Source: Gemmatimonadaceae bacterium (GTDB lineage: Bacteria > Gemmatimonadota > Gemmatimonadetes > Gemmatimonadales > Gemmatimonadaceae). Taken from it: DNA of 64,000 nucleotides. Shown here piece after piece: positions 18,027-28,352 of the stretch (positions are counted from its first letter, which is position 1; each line of letters starts with the position of its first letter). Under the pieces are notes generated by a model. It did no database searches. It worked only from the letters and a program-made list of their open reading frames with translations, and was not told where the DNA came from. The stretch is from positions 27,821 through 91,820 of the forward strand of contig DATFHK010000012.1 in the NCBI GenBank assembly GCA_035248505.1. The letters are read 5' to 3'. The position numbers were made by a program, and so were the translations under genes.

Positions 18027-18169
18027 ACTACATAAAGAAGAGTACCAGCCGGCGGCCGTGAGCTTTTGCAGCCGGCAGCCCCGGGCTGCGCTTACTCCGA
18101 GATAAGGCGGCTCGGGGCCGCCGGCCCAGGGGCTCGGGGCCGCCGGCTGGTAGTCTTCCTTTTGTAGTT
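18026..18169. repeat. 144-bp non-coding element with 32-bp terminal inverted repeats (REP/MITE-like)
   Basis: 18026-18057 vs reverse complement of 18138-18169 is 29/32 identical; internal 17-bp direct repeat GGCTCGGGGCCGCCGGC at 18109 and 18131. Confidence 0.75.
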
Positions 18170-18266
18170 AAAGTCCCTTCACGGCGGTCATACTATAGAG
18201 ATACCCTGTCCGGGTCCTACTCGTCCCTGTCCTATGACCCTCTCAGCATCGTCCACCCGGTAAGCC

Positions 18267-20345
18267 ATGGCGGGACCCGTCAAAGTCCTGGTGGCGGGAC
18301 TGCCCGCGGAGACGGTCCGCGAGATCGGCCTGCGACTCCGCGACGTCGCGGTCAGTGAATTCGACAATTCACAGCAGATGGGCCGAGCTGCCGCCCACGG
18401 CGAAGCCCGGCTGGTCGTGCTCAGCGATCTGCTGCCCACCGAAGACGCGATCTACGTCGCCCGCCGCGCCAAGGATGCGAGCGAGGACATGCGCATCGCT
18501 TTTCTCATCTCGATGCAGCAGGCGGAGAATGCGCTGCTTGCCCTGAAAGACATCCAAGTCGATCGATTCTTCCTCGTCCCCGTCGACACGGAAGAGATGC
18601 TGCGCGAGATGGCAAAGATGGCCGGCGTTGAGCTGCTGCCACCCCAGGCGTCGCACGCCGAGCACATCGCATCCGCGGTCTTCGCCGCCTGGGATCGCGC
18701 CAAGCCGGCGACATTCCAGAAAATCGACAAACTCGACGACGTCGCAATCGCCCTCCTCGACAACAAGCTGGACGCCGAGACGAAAAAAATCGCCGCCCAG
18801 GATGCGACTGCGATCGCTGACGTCGCAACACGCTTTGGTTTTCAGAAAGCGGTCGGTGTTGCGCGTGAGCTCGCCGAGCGATTTTCAAACGATTCGCTGA
18901 CCGCCGTCGACGGACTCAGCGTCTCGGAGCAGCTGCTTGCGCTCCGGCAAAACCTGACTGGCGCGCCAACGCCACCGGCCTCGGCGTCCGATCCCAATCG
19001 CCCGACGCCTTCTCACGTCGCGGCCGCGTTCGACGACGCGCAACTCGAGGGCAAGCGCGTTCTCGTCGTCGACGACGAGGCGCTCGTCACGCGCGGCCTG
19101 ACCTCGCTGTTGAGTCGTCGCGGACTCGAAGTGATCGCGCTGAACGATCCACTCAAGTTCTGGACGACGATCGAAGACGCGAGGCCGAATCTCGTGCTGC
19201 TCGATCTCGAGATGCCGAAGATCAGCGGTGTCGAGCTGTGTCGAGTCATCCGCAGCGATCGTCGCTGGAGCGAATTGCCTGTGATCTTTCTCACGGGGCA
19301 CACCGATCAGGCGAGCGTGCATCGAGTGTTCGGCGCGGGCGCCGACGATTACGTCGGCAAGCCGTTCGTGCCCGCCGAGCTGATGATGCGCATCGAGAGT
19401 CGTCTCACCGGCGTCAAAGCGCGCAAGGCTCCCGTCGAGACCGATCCTCTAACCGGCTTGGCGACGTCGCTCAAAGCTACTGAGCTGATGGAACGATTCC
19501 TGAGATTGGCGCGCCGCAAATCGGATCCATATTCGATCGCCGTTCTGCAAATCGATGGGTTCGCCAGTTTGTCGCAGAACTTTGGTCGTGCGCTGACTGA
19601 GAACGTGTTGCGCGGAATCGGCGGACTTCTTCCCAAGTCCTTTCGGGCCGAGGACGTCCCCGGGTGGTGGGGCGGTCCCGATTTCGTGATCGGGATGTAC
19701 GGCAGTCCAAAGGAAGCGGCGGCAATCAAGCTCGGACAAGTCTCAACCAAAGTCGCCGAGCTCAATTTCCTGGCCGAAGATGGTCGCCGTGTTCACGTGT
19801 CATGCAGCGGTGGTGTCGCGCAGTACCAGCAAGACGGCGACACCGTGAGCGTTCTGCGTGACGAGGCGATCAAGGCGATGCAGAAGGCGAGAGAAGCGGG
19901 CGCAGCTACCGCGATCGGCGTCACCGGCGTCATGCCAACGGGCCCGATGACGCGGCGGGTCGATGTCGCCATCATCGACGACGATCCAGTGCTGGTGTCA
20001 CTGCTTCAGCACGCGATGGAGAGTCGCAGCATGAGAGTGGCTACGTACGCCGACGGCGAAGCGGCTGTCGCTGCGCTCTCCGGCACCTCACCCGAAGTCC
20101 AGGCATCGATCGTTTTGCTCGACGTCGATTTGCCCGCGCTCAACGGCCTCGAGGTACTCCGCCGGCTCAAGGCGAGCGACATCGGCAAGTTGAGCAACGT
20201 CATCATGCTCACCGCGCGCACGGGAGAGCGTGACGTGCTGACTGCGCTCGAGATGGGCGCCACCGACCACATCACCAAACCGTTCAGCGTGCCCGTGCTG
20301 ATGCACAAGGTGCGGACGGCGTTGAGGCAGACGCAGATATGGTAA
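18267..20345 (+). CDS. Multi-domain response regulator: pseudo-REC / Hpt-like / REC / degenerate GGDEF / REC
   Basis: LVVDD..LLDLEMP..FLTG..KPF; DPLTGL..RAED-x5-GGPDF; IIDDD..LLDVDLP..MLTA..KPF. Confidence 0.88.
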   Translation: MAGPVKVLVAGLPAETVREIGLRLRDVAVSEFDNSQQMGRAAAHGEARLVVLSDLLPTEDAIYVARRAKDASEDMRIAFLISMQQAENALLALKDIQVDRFFLVPVDTEEMLREMAKMAGVELLPPQASHAEHIASAVFAAWDRAKPATFQKIDKLDDVAIALLDNKLDAETKKIAAQDATAIADVATRFGFQKAVGVARELAERFSNDSLTAVDGLSVSEQLLALRQNLTGAPTPPASASDPNRPTPSHVAAAFDDAQLEGKRVLVVDDEALVTRGLTSLLSRRGLEVIALNDPLKFWTTIEDARPNLVLLDLEMPKISGVELCRVIRSDRRWSELPVIFLTGHTDQASVHRVFGAGADDYVGKPFVPAELMMRIESRLTGVKARKAPVETDPLTGLATSLKATELMERFLRLARRKSDPYSIAVLQIDGFASLSQNFGRALTENVLRGIGGLLPKSFRAEDVPGWWGGPDFVIGMYGSPKEAAAIKLGQVSTKVAELNFLAEDGRRVHVSCSGGVAQYQQDGDTVSVLRDEAIKAMQKAREAGAATAIGVTGVMPTGPMTRRVDVAIIDDDPVLVSLLQHAMESRSMRVATYADGEAAVAALSGTSPEVQASIVLLDVDLPALNGLEVLRRLKASDIGKLSNVIMLTARTGERDVLTALEMGATDHITKPFSVPVLMHKVRTALRQTQIW

Positions 20346-21382
20346 GCGAGCATCTGCTCAACGTGATCATGTTGATCGAGGTGGGACTGCTCGCACTGGC
20401 GGTCGCGCTTTTCTTCATGCACGGTTTGTGGCTGCACCTGACAGCGCGTCGCATCAAGCGGCTCTCCAAGTCGGGCCACGAAGCGCTCGCACGTCTGGTA
20501 ACACGGGGCCACGTCAGCGTCGAAGACGTCGCAGCACTCAAAGAGCTGCCGCCGGACGTGCAGACCATCACCTTCCTCGAGGTCTCGCGCAGTCTGAGCG
20601 GAGCCGGAAAGGAACGCCTGCGGTTTGTTGCGCAACAGGTTGGCGTCGTCGATCGCGCGCGCAAGCTGTGCGAGCATCGCTGGTGGACGCGACGTCTGCG
20701 CGGCGCACGCATTCTCTCCAGACTCGATATTCCGGATCCGCTGGTGCTAAAGCTGCTCGCCGATCCGCACCCGGCGGTGCGCGCGCAGGCAGCGGAGTGG
20801 GCAGCGGCGCAGCCGGACGTCGACGTGATCTCGGCGATGCTGGAGCTGTTGGCCGATCCGGCGACGCAGGCGCGGTTCGCTGTGCAAAACGCGTTGCTGC
20901 GCATGGGGAACGTCATCGCGATTCCGCTGGCGTCGTTTCTCGAGACGCATTCCGGTCGCGCCGCCGAAGCCGGATTGCGCGTCGCCGAGTCGGTTGCGGT
21001 ACCAGGCTTCCTTCCCGCCGCTCTCAGACATTCGCGCGCCGAGGGCGCTGGGGTGAGAGAGGCGGCCGCGAAACTGCTCGGCGGAATCGCCGGAGCTGAT
21101 GCGGGCCTGCGATTGATGGAAATGCTGAGCGACAACGAGTCCAACGTGCGAGCGGCGGCCGCGAGTGCGCTGGGCCGGATGCACTATTGGCAAGCAGGCA
21201 CCTTGCTCGCTGACAGTTTGCGCGATCAACGGTGGCGCGTGCGGCGCGAAGCAGGGCTTGCGCTGCGCGCGCTCGGCGCTGCCGGGACGTTGTTCCTTCG
21301 TCGCGCGCTCAAGGGTAACGATCGTTTCGCGGCGGATATGGCGGAGCAGGTACTGGAGCTTCCCGAAGGAGCGACCGGATGA
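20339..21382 (+). CDS. Membrane-anchored HEAT repeat protein
   Basis: N-terminal TM helix; repeats LLADPHPAVRAQAA, LSDNESNVRAAAASALG, LRDQRWRVRREA. Confidence 0.88.
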   Translation: MVSEHLLNVIMLIEVGLLALAVALFFMHGLWLHLTARRIKRLSKSGHEALARLVTRGHVSVEDVAALKELPPDVQTITFLEVSRSLSGAGKERLRFVAQQVGVVDRARKLCEHRWWTRRLRGARILSRLDIPDPLVLKLLADPHPAVRAQAAEWAAAQPDVDVISAMLELLADPATQARFAVQNALLRMGNVIAIPLASFLETHSGRAAEAGLRVAESVAVPGFLPAALRHSRAEGAGVREAAAKLLGGIAGADAGLRLMEMLSDNESNVRAAAASALGRMHYWQAGTLLADSLRDQRWRVRREAGLALRALGAAGTLFLRRALKGNDRFAADMAEQVLELPEGATG

Positions 21383-22842
21383 TTCAGGTGAACTCGACCG
21401 TCGCCGCGTTCGTCACTGATTTCCTGGTCAAGGGACAGTTCGCTGTTCTCCTGTATTTCCTCGCCGTCAACGGCTGGTATCTGGTGTTGCTGGTGAGCTC
21501 GCTGCTCGAGCTGCGGCGTCACATGCTGCTGATCGCGGACGAGAGCCGGCACCTGTTATTGAGCTCGACCCTGTCGCCGACAATTTCGATTCTCGCGCCC
21601 GCCTACAATGAGGAGGCGACGATCGAGGTCAGTCTGCGCGCGCTGCTGGCCCTGCACTATCCGAGTCTCGAGGTGATCGTCGTCAGCGACGGCTCGAAGG
21701 ACAAGACGGTGCAGGTGCTGATCGAGAAATTCGATCTCGTGCCGGTGAAGACCATCTACGAGCGAAAGATCAACACCAAAGCCGTACGTTCGTTGTACCG
21801 GTCGTCGACGTATCCTGGTCTGGTCGTCGTCGACAAGGAGAATGGGGGCAAAGCCGACGCGTTGAACGTTGGGCTGAGCTTCGCGCGCGGCGAGCTGGTG
21901 TGCGCGATGGATGCCGATACGCTGATCGAGGCCGACGGACTTCAGCGCATGGTGCGGCCGTTCCTGTACGCGACTGATGTCGTCGCGACGGGCGGAACGA
22001 TCCGCGTCGTCAACGGTTCGCAGGTCAAGCACGGGCGCGTGGAGAAAACGGCGGTGCCGACGAATTTGCTCGCCGGGATCCAGGTGGTGGAGTATCTGCG
22101 CGCGTTCCTGTTTGGTCGGCTCGGCTGGAACAGACTCGGCGGCAACATCATCATCTCGGGCGCATTCGGTCTCTTCCAGCGTGAAGCTGTGCTCAACGCG
22201 GGTGGATACCTGCATGACACCGTCGGCGAAGACATGGAGCTCGTCGTGCGGCTCAAGCGTCTGTCGTACGAAAACGGTGGTCCGGGGAAGATTGCATTCG
22301 TTCCCGATCCGGTCGCGTGGACCGAAGTCCCGGAGAGCGCGAAAGTGCTTGGCCGCCAGCGCGATCGATGGCACCGCGGGCTCGCTGATGTGCTATGGCG
22401 ACATCGGCGGATGATGCTCAATCCGCGCTACGGAGTAACGGGTCTGATCGTTTATCCGTACTACGCGTTCGTCGAGTTACTGGCGCCGGTCATCGAAGCC
22501 GTCGGATTGGTGAGCCTCGTGCTCGGCCTGAGCTTCGGCGTCGTCGATTGGAATTTCGCGGGACTGTTTTATCTGACAGCGTACGGATTGGGCACCGCGC
22601 TGACCGCGTTCACGCTCATCCTGGAAGATCTCAGCTTTCATCGCTACAACTCGTTCCGCGATCGCGCATTGCTGTTCTGGTGGGCGCTGCTCGAGAACAT
22701 GGGATACCGGCAGCTCACGGTTTACTGGCGGCTGCGCGGGTTGTGGAAGTTCATTCGCGGGCGCAAGGACTGGGGCGCAATGGAGCGCAAAGGGTTCCGC
22801 GCGGTCCCGGTCGTTGCGAAATCGCCCGACGCTGCCGCTTGA
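21379..22842 (+). CDS. Processive family-2 glycosyltransferase (PgaC/IcaA-like)
   Basis: PAYNEE, DGSKD, GKADALN, DAD, GED, QRDRW; several TM helices. Confidence 0.9.
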   Translation: MIQVNSTVAAFVTDFLVKGQFAVLLYFLAVNGWYLVLLVSSLLELRRHMLLIADESRHLLLSSTLSPTISILAPAYNEEATIEVSLRALLALHYPSLEVIVVSDGSKDKTVQVLIEKFDLVPVKTIYERKINTKAVRSLYRSSTYPGLVVVDKENGGKADALNVGLSFARGELVCAMDADTLIEADGLQRMVRPFLYATDVVATGGTIRVVNGSQVKHGRVEKTAVPTNLLAGIQVVEYLRAFLFGRLGWNRLGGNIIISGAFGLFQREAVLNAGGYLHDTVGEDMELVVRLKRLSYENGGPGKIAFVPDPVAWTEVPESAKVLGRQRDRWHRGLADVLWRHRRMMLNPRYGVTGLIVYPYYAFVELLAPVIEAVGLVSLVLGLSFGVVDWNFAGLFYLTAYGLGTALTAFTLILEDLSFHRYNSFRDRALLFWWALLENMGYRQLTVYWRLRGLWKFIRGRKDWGAMERKGFRAVPVVAKSPDAAA

Positions 22843-22895
22843 AACACATGTGAAATGCTGCCAATCTCTGGTCGATGGTTTCGACTGGAGCAAAA

Positions 22896-23405
22896 ATGAA
22901 TCGCGCGATTGCGCTGATGCTGGTGGCACTGACGACTTCGACGCTGGCGTGTGCCCGCCGCACGCCGGGCATCCAGCTGGCGTCCAGCGACTTCGATCTG
23001 AATCCACTCGTTGGTCAGTGGCGCGGCAGTTTCAGCAGCTCGCAAACCGGACGCACCGGCACCATCGCCTTCAATCTCAACGCTGGTGAATCAGCTGCAA
23101 CCGGCAACGTGGTGATGTTTGCGAAACCGGACTCGCTGCTCACACCCGAGGAACGCGAGATGGCAGCGAACGTTCCAGATCGCAGCGTGCTGAAAATCCA
23201 TTTTGTGCGGAAACAGGGCGGAACGATCAGCGGCGGTCTCGACCCATATCGCGATCCGGATTGCAACTGTACGGTGACGACTCTGTTCCAGGGTGCATTC
23301 ACCAACGCCGCGACCATCGAAGGGACGTACACCACCGTGCGCTCCCTCCCCGGAAGCGACATTGTCAGCGGCACGTGGAAGGTGACGCGCACGAAAAAAC
23401 TGTAG
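22896..23405 (+). CDS. Hypothetical lipoprotein (paralog of 28827-29351)
   Basis: Lipobox TLAC; GGAG RBS; DPYRDPDCNC motif. Confidence 0.75.
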   Translation: MNRAIALMLVALTTSTLACARRTPGIQLASSDFDLNPLVGQWRGSFSSSQTGRTGTIAFNLNAGESAATGNVVMFAKPDSLLTPEEREMAANVPDRSVLKIHFVRKQGGTISGGLDPYRDPDCNCTVTTLFQGAFTNAATIEGTYTTVRSLPGSDIVSGTWKVTRTKKL

Positions 23406-23576
23406 GGGAGCTGGATGTTTGGGGGGCGACGCGGTCGGCAGCCTGCTCCCGCAGTTCAAGCGCCGGCGAACCCTTACGCTGTACCAATGTTCAAGGCGAC
23501 ATACCAGGCGTGACGGCGACGGAGCGAGTCCGTCATTGCTTTGATTGTCGACTTTCCGATCTCGGTTAATTGGCTT

Positions 23577-25328
23577 GTGCCGGTACTGATCCCGAAATCC
23601 CTCACCACCCTCAAGACCTATAATCGGTCTCAGTTCGCGTCCGATCTGGTCGCTGGCGTAATCGTCGGCATCGTTGCGCTACCTCTGGCGATTGCGTTTG
23701 CCATTGCGAGTGGCGTCACCCCTGATCGCGGACTTTACACTGCGATAGTAGCAGGCTTTCTGATCTCGGCGCTTGGTGGTTCGCGCGTGCAGATCGGCGG
23801 CCCAACCGGGGCATTCGTCGTCATCGTCTACGGCATCGTTCAGCGGTATGGCGTCGATGGCCTGATCGTGGCGACGATGATGGCGGGCGTGATACTGATT
23901 GCGTTCGGCCTGGCCAGGCTTGGCGCGGCAATCAAGTTCATCCCGCATCCCGTGATCGTCGGTTTCACGAGCGGCATTGCGGTGATCATTTTCTCGAGCC
24001 AGGTCAAGGATCTGCTTGGCTTGCGAGTCGCGAACCTGCCCGCCGAGTTCATCCCGAAGTGGCGGGAGATTTTCGCGCACCTGGGCTCGCTCGACATCGC
24101 CACGGTAGGAGTCGCCGCGTCGTCCCTTTTGATAATGCTGCTGTGGCCGCGGGTCAGTCGCCGGATTCCGGGACCTTTCGTCGCCCTGATTGCGACGACC
24201 CTACTCGTCCTCATCTTTCACATTCCGGTCGACACCATCGGCACCCGCTTCGGCGCGATTAGCGCATCGCTGCCCCATCCGGTCGTTCCACACATTACCC
24301 TCGATCGACTGACGCTGCTGGTGATGCCGGCGTTCACCATCGCGCTGCTCGGGGCGGTGGAGTCGTTGTTGTCAGCGGTCGTCGCGGACGGAATGATCGG
24401 CGGTCGGCATCGCTCGAACATGGAGCTCATCGCGCAAGGCGTCGCCAACGTCGTGACACCTCTGTTCGGAGGAATTCCGGCGACCGGTGCGATTGCACGC
24501 ACGGCCACCAACGTCAAGAACGGCGGACGCACCCCTGTCGCGGGAATGATCCACGCGCTGACTCTGCTGCTCATCACCATCGCCTTCGGCCGTTTTGCGG
24601 CGCTCATTCCGATGGCGACTCTGGCGGCGATTCTGGTCGTTGTCTCGTATCACATGAGCGAGTGGCGCACGTTCCGGAGCGAGCTGACAGCGCCGAAGAG
24701 CGACATTCTGGTCCTGCTCGTGACGTTTTCTCTGACAGTACTGGTGGATTTGACCGTGGCGATCGAAGTCGGAATGGTGCTCGCCGCGTTTCTGTTCATG
24801 TATCGAATGGCGGAGGTCACCAATGTCAGCATGGTGACGCGCGAGATCGCCGACGAAGGCTGGGACGACACCGACGATCCTAATGCCATTCGTGATCGCA
24901 GCGTGCCCGACGGCGTCGAGGTGTTCGAGATCAGCGGTCCATTCTTCTTCGGCGCCGCCGAGGAGTTCAAGAACGCTATCGGCGCGGTGGCTGGCAGGCC
25001 GCGCGTGCTCATCATCCGAATGCGTGACGTTCCTGCCATCGATGCAACCGGGCTGCACGCGCTCCAGGATCTTGCCAAACGCTCGCGCAGGGATGGCAGC
25101 CTGCTCGTTCTATCCGATGTGCACGCTCAGCCAATGTTTGCTTTGGTTCGCTCCGACATGCTCGACGAAATCGGCGAAGACAACATCTTTGGCAACATCG
25201 ACGATGCGTTGAACCGCGCGCGCGATTACCTGGGGCTGAGCCGCCTCGCGCGACCGGCGCGCGCAACGCCGACGGTCGCCCGTGAAGCGGCTAATGACAG
25301 CGCAGCGAAGCTGAGTCGCGAGGCATAA
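23577..25328 (+). CDS. SulP family anion transporter with STAS domain
   Basis: [54 protein letters not shown]; start uncertain (23541-23577). Confidence 0.95.
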   Translation: MPVLIPKSLTTLKTYNRSQFASDLVAGVIVGIVALPLAIAFAIASGVTPDRGLYTAIVAGFLISALGGSRVQIGGPTGAFVVIVYGIVQRYGVDGLIVATMMAGVILIAFGLARLGAAIKFIPHPVIVGFTSGIAVIIFSSQVKDLLGLRVANLPAEFIPKWREIFAHLGSLDIATVGVAASSLLIMLLWPRVSRRIPGPFVALIATTLLVLIFHIPVDTIGTRFGAISASLPHPVVPHITLDRLTLLVMPAFTIALLGAVESLLSAVVADGMIGGRHRSNMELIAQGVANVVTPLFGGIPATGAIARTATNVKNGGRTPVAGMIHALTLLLITIAFGRFAALIPMATLAAILVVVSYHMSEWRTFRSELTAPKSDILVLLVTFSLTVLVDLTVAIEVGMVLAAFLFMYRMAEVTNVSMVTREIADEGWDDTDDPNAIRDRSVPDGVEVFEISGPFFFGAAEEFKNAIGAVAGRPRVLIIRMRDVPAIDATGLHALQDLAKRSRRDGSLLVLSDVHAQPMFALVRSDMLDEIGEDNIFGNIDDALNRARDYLGLSRLARPARATPTVAREAANDSAAKLSREA

Positions 25329-25335
25329 TCACGGC

Positions 25336-25788
25336 CTACATCACCTGTGGCCGCCGCGCCGCGGGAGCTTGCTCGGTCCGGCGCAGACTCGCCTGCCCAT
25401 CGATGGTCCGCCAGACATTGTAGATGAACGCAAACGCGCCGAGCGCACTCAACACGCCGCCGGTTGCCAGCACCGGCATGCTCCTCTGTCCGAAGTGCGG
25501 CGCCATGAAGAAGCCGGCCACCATTCCGGCGAGGCCGACATTCGACAGCCACCAGTGAACCGCGCCCAGCTTCGTGCTGTGCAGCGGATGTCCGAAGAAC
25601 CTCGGCACGACGTGATATCCAACTCCGTAGATCATCATCGTCACGAAGCCGAGCAGGTTCATGTGAACGTGCGCCGGTCGATAGATGATTCAGAGTGGGT
25701 GAACGGCCATCGCCACGCCGAGCGTCACACCAAGACCGAACCATACCAGCGCGGCTTTGATAAACCGCCGAACGAACCAATCCATCAT
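25336..25788 (-). pseudogene. Small His-containing 4-TM protein (heme-copper-oxidase-subunit-I-like helices) interrupted by an in-frame TGA at 25690-25692
   Basis: One frame reads MMDWFVRRFIKAA...AVHPL*IIYRPAHVHMNLLGFV...PRF and aligns end to end with the adjacent intact paralog. Confidence 0.75.
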
Positions 25789-25817
25789 CGTGAACGCCTC
25801 GCAATTGCTGGTAGCAA

Positions 25818-26273
25818 CTAAAACCGCTCTCCCTTTGCCTCGCGCACGTGACTTCCGGCCGAACGGATGCGCGGCCACATCGTGAAGAAGAACATCGCGA
25901 TGCCAGCCGCTTGCGCCAAACTCGCGACGACGACGGTCCAGCCCAGCCAGGCCACGCTGCGCGACGATTCGATCAGCTCTCCGCCGACGCGCAACGCCGT
26001 ACCTGCTGTCAGTAGCCAGTATGCAACCAACGCGAGCTGCGGATCATAACGTCGCCCCTCGCTGCCGCCGCGCGGGAACAGCCACAGTGCAACGCCGAGG
26101 ATCATCATCATCACGAAACCGACGAGCAGCGCGTGGGTGTGAGCGCTCGTTTCGTAAACATCGGGAACACGGCGCATTACATCGCGTTCGAAGATCATCT
26201 TGACGCCGATCACCAGGCCGATGCCCAGAAACAGGATCGCGGTTTTTATGTAGCGCCGAACGAGCGAGTGCAC
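25818..26273 (-). CDS. Small His-containing 4-TM membrane protein (paralog of the downstream gene)
   Basis: GTG start after GGAG; VRRYIKTA...SAHTHALLVGFVMMMILGVALWLFPR. Confidence 0.8.
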   Translation of the reverse strand: MHSLVRRYIKTAILFLGIGLVIGVKMIFERDVMRRVPDVYETSAHTHALLVGFVMMMILGVALWLFPRGGSEGRRYDPQLALVAYWLLTAGTALRVGGELIESSRSVAWLGWTVVVASLAQAAGIAMFFFTMWPRIRSAGSHVREAKGERF

Positions 26274-26399
26274 GCCTTGGCTCCATCGGTGAAGGAGCAA
26301 ATGTAAGCTTTCCGCCGACGTCGGACGCGGAACTTTCCCGATACTTCAGCGCGTCACGCTCGGTGAACTTGGCAGCGTCCGATTTCGTGCGGGTGATTA

Positions 26400-27479
26400 A
26401 TGACTGCCCCTCCGATTGTAATTTCGCGGCGCTCGCTGCGTCAACGCGCAACGTTTACCCTCTCAGCAAGACAGCAGAAGTTATTTGGCGTTTTTCTGCT
26501 CTTTCACGGACTCGCCCATGCCGGACTTGGAATCTGGGCGGGCGAAATCGGTCGCTGGTGGCTGCCGATGTCCCTGTGGGAGTTGGCGATGGTCGGCTTC
26601 CTCGCCGCCGGTTTTGGCGCGATTGGCGTCGCCGGACTGAAAAATTTCTGGCGACCACTGACCGTAATCGCAAGCGTCGTGTCGTTGCTAGAGTTGATTT
26701 TGATGCCCGGCACGGTGCTGGTGCCCGGCTTGACCGTCGATTTCCTGGCGCTGAGCGTGATCGCCTACTCGGAAAGCGCGGATTCAAGGCCTCACGTGGT
26801 CAGGCATCGCGCCTGGAGGTTGTCCGGCATCGTTCTGAGCTGGGCTTTTCTATTGTATGTCGCGATCGTGCTGGCGCTGCGTCCGTGGAATGTCGAATGG
26901 GGAACGACTGCTGCCGAGCGTGCGAGTGCTCTGCCGGGTGACGAGTTTGTTCCAGTTGCACAGTACCGTATCGATCACGCGATTACGATCGACGCTCCGC
27001 CCGAGGCGGTCTGGCCATGGTTGATTCAGATCGGTCAGGATCGCGGCGGCTTCTACAGCTACACGCGCCTCGAGAACGCAGTTGGCGCCCGCATCACCAA
27101 CACCGATCGAATCGTCTCCGAGTGGCAGCAGCGAGGGGTTGGGGAGCTGGTGCCGACTGTTCCCGAGAACTACCTGGGCGGAATCTTCGGCTCGAGGCTC
27201 GGTTGCAAGGTACTGCAGATAATTCCCGGTCAGGCGCTGGTGCTGGACGGCTGGGGCGCCTTCGTCGTGCTGCCAACAACCGACAACAAAACGCGGATGA
27301 TGGTCAGGACGCGCATGCACGTGACGCCGAGTTTCGCCGGCGTGCTCTCAGCCCCGTTTCGACTGCTGGTTTACGAGCCGGCTCACCTGATCATGGAGCG
27401 CGGGATGCTGCTTGGCATCAAGCGCCGCGCTGAGAGATCACTTCTGGAAAGCGACCCCGTCTACTCGAGGATTCAATGA
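26400..27479 (+). CDS. Membrane protein with C-terminal SRPBCC-like domain
   Basis: Four TM helices, then WGTT..E....LPGD, AITIDAPPEAVWPWLIQIGQDRGGFYSY, HLIMERGML.GIK.RAE. Confidence 0.8.
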   Translation: MTAPPIVISRRSLRQRATFTLSARQQKLFGVFLLFHGLAHAGLGIWAGEIGRWWLPMSLWELAMVGFLAAGFGAIGVAGLKNFWRPLTVIASVVSLLELILMPGTVLVPGLTVDFLALSVIAYSESADSRPHVVRHRAWRLSGIVLSWAFLLYVAIVLALRPWNVEWGTTAAERASALPGDEFVPVAQYRIDHAITIDAPPEAVWPWLIQIGQDRGGFYSYTRLENAVGARITNTDRIVSEWQQRGVGELVPTVPENYLGGIFGSRLGCKVLQIIPGQALVLDGWGAFVVLPTTDNKTRMMVRTRMHVTPSFAGVLSAPFRLLVYEPAHLIMERGMLLGIKRRAERSLLESDPVYSRIQ

Positions 27480-27955
27480 ATATCGTCCACCTGCATTTGC
27501 TCTTGAATCATCTGCCAGTCGTGGGCAGTCTGGTCGCGCTGCTGTTGTTCGCCGCGACTTTTTATCGGAACGCAGTCTCCACGCGTTTTGCTCTGTGGTT
27601 TGCGGTGGGGCTCGGCGCCGTTGCGCTCGCAGTGTATTTGACCGGCGAACCAGCTGCTGACACCGTCGAGAGAGTCGTCCGCATTGCGGAGCGTGACATC
27701 GAGCGGCACGAAGAAGCTGCGGAACTAGCGACCATCATCGCCGGGTCGCTGGGAGCGCTCGCTCTTGTCGCCCTGCTTGTCTTCCGGCGTCGGCAGATCC
27801 CGCGCTGGGTTGGAGCGGCTGGACTCGCCGGCATGCTGTTTTTGTCGGCCGCCATGGCTTGGACCGCCAACCTTGGCGGGCAAATTCGTCACAGCGAGAT
27901 TCGCAGCACGGCACTGCCTACGACGACGGCCAGCGAGCACGATTCAGAGCAGTAA
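27476..27955 (+). CDS. DUF2231-like His-rich membrane protein
   Basis: HLHLLLNHLP, LTGE.A, IERHEE, TANLGGQIRH. Confidence 0.75.
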   Translation: MNIVHLHLLLNHLPVVGSLVALLLFAATFYRNAVSTRFALWFAVGLGAVALAVYLTGEPAADTVERVVRIAERDIERHEEAAELATIIAGSLGALALVALLVFRRRQIPRWVGAAGLAGMLFLSAAMAWTANLGGQIRHSEIRSTALPTTTASEHDSEQ

Positions 27956-28117
27956 GGGTCAGGCTACCCGCGTTGTCGACTCTACTGGAATGGGCCGTCC
28001 TTTCCTGGTTCCAGGCTGGACGAGCGCGGTTTTCAGGGAAAGTCGCACAAAAGAACAGCGGATCGATTACGGATTTATTGCATCTCTCAACGCAGGTTAC
28101 TGCATATGGGTTACTAC

Positions 28118-28321
28118 ATGAATGGCCCTCCGCGCCACAGCCATCGGTCGCCGGCCGAGCTCGCAGAGGATGAGATCCTGGCGGCGCTTCGCGGAGAATT
28201 CTGCGGTGTCCTGAGGCAAGCCGAAGACAGACCTGCAGCATTGAGGCAATCAGCCCACACTCCCCGACGGTTTGCCCTTGTGCGCTGGGCGGACCGGCCA
28301 GAAACAAGGAGAGGTCGATGA
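28118..28321 (+). CDS. Possible small hypothetical protein
   Basis: 67-aa ORF filling the gap ahead of the CBS gene; no recognisable motif. Confidence 0.3.
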   Translation: MNGPPRHSHRSPAELAEDEILAALRGEFCGVLRQAEDRPAALRQSAHTPRRFALVRWADRPETRRGR

Positions 28322-28352
28322 TCGCCGAGGCTTCGAGCGTCAAGGAGGAAGG

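Noticed and set aside
25690-25692. Selenocysteine codon or alternative genetic code
   Set aside because: The context suggests Trp rather than Cys, no convincing SECIS was seen, and TGA is a normal stop in many genes here.
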